A stretch of 64,000 bases of DNA from a virus. Its lineage: Duplodnaviria > Caudoviricetes. The DNA lies in the IMG/VR virus record IMGVR_UViG_3300025066_000007, one strand, 5' to 3'. The translations under genes and the position numbers were made by a program. Numbering within the stretch: the stretch's first letter is position 1; every line of letters starts with the position of its first letter. This document shows, piece after piece, positions 60,009 through 64,000 of this stretch. The notes under the pieces are model-generated. The model saw nothing but the letters and a program-made list of their open reading frames with translations. It searched no databases and was not told where the DNA came from.

Positions 60009-61196
60009 TTACTCTACGGAAATAACCACTCCAGCGCCAACCGTTCGACTTCCCTCTCTGACTGCAAAGCGCATTCCGGCCTCTACGCCTACGGCTTTCA
60101 TCAGATTAAAAGAAATCGTAGAACGATCACCGGGAGCAACCTGTCCAGTTTCTGACTGGACTGTAATTGTTCCAGTTACATCAGTTGTTCCGAAGAAGAA
60201 CTGAGGTTTATACCCAGAAACGAAAGGCTTATTTCGGCCACCCTCTTCTGTCGTTAGAGCATAAAACTCTGCAGTGCCATTGCCATGGGGCTTAATGCTA
60301 TTTGGCTTTGCGAGAACTTGTCCTCTCTGAACCTCATCACGCTTAACGCCACGAAGAAGAATACCCACATTCATTCCTGCTTCTGCCGCAGGAATATCAC
60401 GACGGAAAGCTTGAGTTCCGGTAACTACAACCTTTCTTAGGTCGTCACCACTGGTAAGCCCCACGATCTCTACCTCTTCTCCGGAAGTAACTGAACCACG
60501 GTCAACGCGCCCTGTTACCACGGTTCCTCGGCCAGTAATAGTAAAGACGTCCTCAATAGGCATCATAAATGGTCCCGCAAGGTCTCGCACTGGATCAGGA
60601 ATATGTGAATCCAAAGCTTCCATAAGTTGATCAATACACTTTGTATCGTCAGAGTCAGGAGAGCCTCCCGTGACAGCATTTAGCGCAAGCAAAGCAGAGC
60701 CACGAACAATGGGAGTATTTGTATATCCTCGGTCTTCAAGCTGTTCTGTGATCTCCATCTCTACAAGCTCTAGAAGTTCTTCGTCATCGCAGGCATCAAC
60801 CTTATTGATGAAGACGACCATATATTTCACTCCAACTTGCTGAGCAAGAAGGATGTGTTCAAGAGTTTGTTTCTGAGGTCCCTGAGATCCATCAACAAGA
60901 AGAATCGCTCCATCCATTTGAGCAGCGCCAGTAATCATATTCTTAATATAATCAGCGTGGCCAGGACAATCGATATGAGCATAATGACGATTATCAGTCT
61001 CATACTCTACATGAGAGGTGCTAATCGTAATACCTCTCTCGCGCTCCTCTGGAGCCTTATCGATGTTTTCAAAGGCTACGGCGGCTCCGCCTACCCTTGA
61101 GGCTTGTACGGCAGTAATTGCGGCCGTTAGAGTTGTCTTTCCATGGTCAACGTGACCAATGGTTCCGACATTTACATGTGTTTTTGCATCAGACAT
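60009..61196 (-). CDS. tuf: Elongation factor Tu (stand-alone, divergent)
   Basis: [47 protein letters not shown] and RTVGAG; TAAGGAG SD; no fusA/rps neighbours. Confidence 0.96.
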   Translation of the reverse strand: MSDAKTHVNVGTIGHVDHGKTTLTAAITAVQASRVGGAAVAFENIDKAPEERERGITISTSHVEYETDNRHYAHIDCPGHADYIKNMITGAAQMDGAILLVDGSQGPQKQTLEHILLAQQVGVKYMVVFINKVDACDDEELLELVEMEITEQLEDRGYTNTPIVRGSALLALNAVTGGSPDSDDTKCIDQLMEALDSHIPDPVRDLAGPFMMPIEDVFTITGRGTVVTGRVDRGSVTSGEEVEIVGLTSGDDLRKVVVTGTQAFRRDIPAAEAGMNVGILLRGVKRDEVQRGQVLAKPNSIKPHGNGTAEFYALTTEEGGRNKPFVSGYKPQFFFGTTDVTGTITVQSETGQVAPGDRSTISFNLMKAVGVEAGMRFAVREGSRTVGAGVVISVE

Positions 61197-61680
61197 TGAA
61201 AGCTCCTTAGCTTAGAGTTAATAAGCTTAAATGGAGAAATTTCCACTTAAACTTAAATCTATTATTTTCAAATAATAATCTGGACAACACAACTGTCCAG
61301 AAAAAATTTCTTTTTAAAGAATTAAAGTTTTCACAAAAGCTTAGTCGCCTTTTCCGCCTAGAATAACTGTTACTCCAGGCGGAAGACCTCTCTTTTCTTT
61401 GGAAGCCTTCTTCTCAGCGGGCATCTTGCCCGGATAAGGCGTTTCAAGGATAAAGTTAGCCGACCACTGCTCTGCGGGTATGACCAAAGAAACATTACAT
61501 GTTTTACAGAAAAATGTAACATTCTGCCTTGTGTCTATTTTCCAAGCCATATTAGCCTCTAGACAGTTGCAAATGGGACCTTTAAAGTAAAATTTTGTTG
61601 TAAGGTACATAGTTCTCTCACGACTTGAAAAAAGCTTTTTGATAAAGTTTTTAAAAGAATTATTTTTTAATCTTAAAGTC

Positions 61681-61748
61681 ATCTGATTCCTAGCCGGCAT
61701 TACCCGTTTCCAGCGAACGCTGCGTGGAAGCGATCAGATTTGTTCGCT
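61681..61748 (-). ncRNA. HDV-like (theta) self-cleaving ribozyme in the tRNA-Ser 3' trailer
   Basis: P1 AGCGAAC/GTTCGCT, P2 ATCTGAT/ATCAGAT, P3 GCT/AGC, L3 TCCACGC, P1.1 CC/GG, P4 CGG/CCG, J4/2 GCTAG with the catalytic C at 61693. Confidence 0.9.
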
Positions 61749-61833
61749 CAGAGAAGGAGGGATTCGAACCCTCGGTAGGTTTCCCTACACTCGCTTTCCA
61801 GGCGAGCACCATCGGCCTCTCGGTCACCTCTCT
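61749..61833 (-). tRNA. tRNA-Ser(GGA), CCA not encoded
   Basis: Anticodon arm CTCGC-CTGGAAA-GCGAG; long variable arm GTAGG-GAAA-CCTAC; G73 followed directly by the ribozyme. Confidence 0.95.
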
Positions 61834-61943
61834 ATGTTATTTCTATAATATGAATAGTTGCGCAAGCCCTTTTATCAATAAAAATTTTTATATATGCTTT
61901 CTTCAGCGCATCGGAAGAAAAGTAATATCCATATCCTATTAGG

Positions 61944-62543
61944 CTAACCCATAACTTCTGAGCTAAACAGAAGCTTCTCCTGCTGTTCTTCGGTTAGCTG
62001 CTCAAACCATTCCTCTTTAGAGAATGACTTATCATTGAGCCACCACTCTTTAGCTCCATCGGAACCATCATAAGCGGGACCATCTTCTCGATGAAGCTCT
62101 CCATTGAGGTACCAATGCTTAGTTCCATTGGCACGCTCAATAGCGGGACCATCTTCTCGATGAAGCTCTCCATTGAGGTACCAAGTCTTAGTTCCATTGG
62201 CACGCTCAATAGCGGGACCATCTTCTCGGTGAAGCTTTCCATTGAGCCACCACTCTTTGGTTCCATTGGAACCCTCATAAGCGGGGCCATCTTCTCGGTG
62301 ATACTTTCCATTGAGGAACCATTCTTTGGCTCCATCGGGATACTCAATAGCGGGACCATCTTCTCGGTGAGGCTCTCCATTGAGGAGCCACTTCTTATAT
62401 CCATATGAATTCTCAACAGCGGGACCATCTTCTCGGTGAAGCTTTCCATTGAGATACCACTCTTTGGCTCCATTGGAATTAGTTTTGCAGATAGGCTTTT
62501 TCTTACGCTTAAATAGCAATAATATATCTATAAATTTTAGCAT
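61944..62543 (-). CDS. HREDGPA-repeat protein C (6 modules)
   Basis: Six 69-nt modules with the same caps; likely start at ATG 62543. Confidence 0.85.
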   Translation of the reverse strand: MLKFIDILLLFKRKKKPICKTNSNGAKEWYLNGKLHREDGPAVENSYGYKKWLLNGEPHREDGPAIEYPDGAKEWFLNGKYHREDGPAYEGSNGTKEWWLNGKLHREDGPAIERANGTKTWYLNGELHREDGPAIERANGTKHWYLNGELHREDGPAYDGSDGAKEWWLNDKSFSKEEWFEQLTEEQQEKLLFSSEVMG

Positions 62544-62570
62544 TATTGCTTTTCTCTTTAATAACGAAAT

Positions 62571-62606
62571 TGGCAGGTCTACCTCGATTCGAACGAGGAC
62601 CAAAAA
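62571..62606 (-). pseudogene. Orphan tRNA 3' half
   Basis: Perfect T-arm CCTCG-TTCGAAT-CGAGG plus TAGACCT-G-CCA, with no pairing 5' acceptor strand upstream. Confidence 0.7.
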
Positions 62607-62678
62607 TAGTGACATTGGAAGGGTAAGCAGCAACTATTTATAAGTTACAGGTTCGGTTTCTATTATTTAAGTGTAGTA

Positions 62679-62755
62679 TGGCATACCCGCCTGGGCTCGA
62701 ACCAGGGACCCCAAAATTAGAAGTTTTGTGCTCTATCCAACTGAGCTACGGGTAC
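62679..62755 (-). tRNA. tRNA-Arg(UCU)
   Basis: 77 nt; anticodon arm CAAAA-CTTCTAA-TTTTG; CCA encoded. Confidence 0.95.
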
Positions 62756-62781
62756 TTAACCATATTACTACAGGAAACATT

Positions 62782-63387
62782 ATGCTAATCAAATGCAACC
62801 AATGTCAAAATTCTTTCGAGAAAAGCAATTCAGCAATAAATCGTTCAAAATCCGGAAAGCACTATTGCTCTCGTTCGTGTGCTACTACGATGAATAATCG
62901 TGGCAGGCAAAGGAATCCTCCTAAACAACGAAGCTGCAACCGATGTTCTAAGACCTATTCCATCAAAACAAGCTCTCATCGGTCAAAGAAAATATGCAAA
63001 GACTGTGCTTTAAAGCGAGAAGAATACCTGGGCTCTATAAGGAAAGAGTCTATTGGCTCCTTTCAGCTCAACGCATCCATCCAGAACAAACATCCATCTT
63101 GGGAAAACTCTTATGTCAGGAACTTCGCACGCTCTTGGAATAAGGAACTAAAGTCTCACCCATGCCAAAATTGCGGTTACTCAAAACATATAGAGTTCTG
63201 CCACATCAAAGCGATAACATCATTCCCAGACTCCGCGCTTCTTGGCGAAATTAACAGCCCCGAAAACATTTTGATTCTCTGCCGCAACTGTCATTGGGAG
63301 CTGGATAATGATCAACTGAATGCGGTAGATATTCCAAAGAGAACCTCTCCAACAAGCTCTTCTTCAAACAATGAAAGTCATAATTAA
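62782..63387 (+). CDS. HNH endonuclease with N-terminal zinc-binding motifs
   Basis: CNQC..YCSRSC, CNRC..ICKDC, and CQNCG...FCHIK...ENILILCRNCHWELD; ATG 62782 follows CAGGAAA. Confidence 0.85.
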   Translation: MLIKCNQCQNSFEKSNSAINRSKSGKHYCSRSCATTMNNRGRQRNPPKQRSCNRCSKTYSIKTSSHRSKKICKDCALKREEYLGSIRKESIGSFQLNASIQNKHPSWENSYVRNFARSWNKELKSHPCQNCGYSKHIEFCHIKAITSFPDSALLGEINSPENILILCRNCHWELDNDQLNAVDIPKRTSPTSSSSNNESHN

Positions 63388-63502
63388 AATAAGAGCGACC
63401 CATCCGATTATGATAAACGCAAACAAGAAGCTTAGGTAAATTGGGACTTCTTCGGGGCGCATTCACTTTCCTCCTGCTTGCTTTGTTGTGAGAGAGTTTT
63501 GG

Positions 63503-63601
63503 CTAAACCGCCGAAAGAAACTCTGCTTCGGTTAATTCCTCTTCATTAAGGAACCAACGCTTAGTTCCATCGGGACAGGTTTTGCAGATAGCCTTTGTCA
63601 T
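63503..63601 (-). CDS. HREDGPA-family mini-paralog with zero core modules (32 aa)
   Basis: MTKAICKTCPDGTKRWFLNEEELTEAEFLSAV: N-cap joined directly to a truncated C-cap; AAGAG SD-like sequence. Confidence 0.6.
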   Translation of the reverse strand: MTKAICKTCPDGTKRWFLNEEELTEAEFLSAV

Positions 63602-63606
63602 TTCTC

Positions 63607-64000
63607 TTAAACCATAACCTCTGAGTTAAAAAGCACCTTCTCCTGCTGCTCTTCGGTTAGCTGCTCAAACCATTCCTCTTTGGAGAATGACTCTCCATTG
63701 AGGAACCACTTCTTAGTTCCATCGGACCACTCAGCAGCGGGACCATCTTCACGGTGGATCTTTCCATTGAGATACCAATACTTAGTTCCATTGTTATACT
63801 CAGCAGCGGGACCATCTTCTCGGTGAAGCTCTCCATTGAGGTACCATCCCTTATTTCCATTGGCATACTCAATAGCAGGACCATCTTCTCGGTGTCGCTT
63901 TCCATTGAGGTACCAAAACTTATTTCCATCGGCATACTCAACAGCGGGACCATCTTCTCGGTGAGGCTCTCCATTGAGGAGCCACTTCTTATATCCATAT
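63607..64000 (-). CDS. HREDGPA-repeat protein D (at least 4 modules; 5' end outside window)
   Basis: Manual translation ends ...SFSKEEWFEQLTEEQQEKVLFNSEVMV-stop at 63607; the ORF track shows only its shadow frame. Confidence 0.85.
   Translation of the reverse strand, partial: YGYKKWLLNGEPHREDGPAVEYADGNKFWYLNGKRHREDGPAIEYANGNKGWYLNGELHREDGPAAEYNNGTKYWYLNGKIHREDGPAAEWSDGTKKWFLNGESFSKEEWFEQLTEEQQEKVLFNSEVMV

Noticed and set aside
58629-63998. Alternative-frame ORFs MEPKSG.../MDIRSG... (58629..58901, 61994..62473, 63657..63998) and antisense 62091..62408
   Set aside because: These are shadow frames created by the repeated AAT-GGA and GAT-GGT codons and the lack of xTA/xTG-purine junctions; they have no SD sites.
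55558-64000. CRISPR array interpretation of the 69-nt periodic repeats (conserved ~21-nt core with variable intervals)
   Set aside because: The period is an exact codon multiple within open frames, the variable parts are homologous to each other, the core is not palindromic, and no cas genes are present.
55558-64000. Diversity-generating retroelement acting on the HREDGPA genes
   Set aside because: There is no reverse transcriptase or non-coding template repeat in the window. Many differences are synonymous C/T changes (CAT/CAC, CCT/CCC) and many adenines are invariant, so there is no A-specific signature. A remote DGR elsewhere cannot be excluded.
1-64000. Stop-codon reassignment (suggested by the theta ribozyme and the in-frame UGA in purA)
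   Set aside because: Conserved genes end properly at TAG (groEL, purA), TGA (ligase) and TAA, coding density is high under code 11, and there is no suppressor tRNA here. Reading through the purA UGA would not restore the frame because the gap is 32 nt.

Overview
This window looks like 64 kb of a jumbo (huge) phage genome. It is gene-dense, almost entirely minus-strand, uses Shine-Dalgarno starts and the standard genetic code, and has many short orphan ORFs. Host-like genes sit outside their usual bacterial operons: EF-Tu, GroEL, an RpoH-like sigma factor, TilS, Thg1, TrmH, a CCA-adding-like nucleotidyltransferase, PurA, type II glutamine synthetase, an ATP-dependent ligase and a 5'-3' exonuclease. 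Eight tRNA genes are present. The strongest signal is in purA, whose P-loop (W-G|D-E-A-K-G-K) is split by a 32-nt gap. The gap reads GGU take-off codon, UGA stop, cUUCGg hairpin, A-rich spacer and matching GGU landing codon, with stops in all three frames. This is the architecture of T4 gene 60 programmed ribosomal bypassing, here in a metabolic gene. Other notable items: a complete HDV-like (theta) ribozyme starting exactly after the discriminator base of the only CCA-less tRNA, Ser(GGA); a group I intron in tRNA-Leu(CAA); a tRNA with an Asn anticodon and a long variable arm; eight copies of a promoter-like motif (YGTAAT-N7-TGCCCTG-CAC-TATATC); a helical motif shared by nine unrelated proteins; a dispersed family of 23-aa HREDGPA-repeat genes with 0-6 modules; a duplicated four-gene cassette; and a frameshifted class II aldolase gene. 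All calls are by eye, with no database searches.
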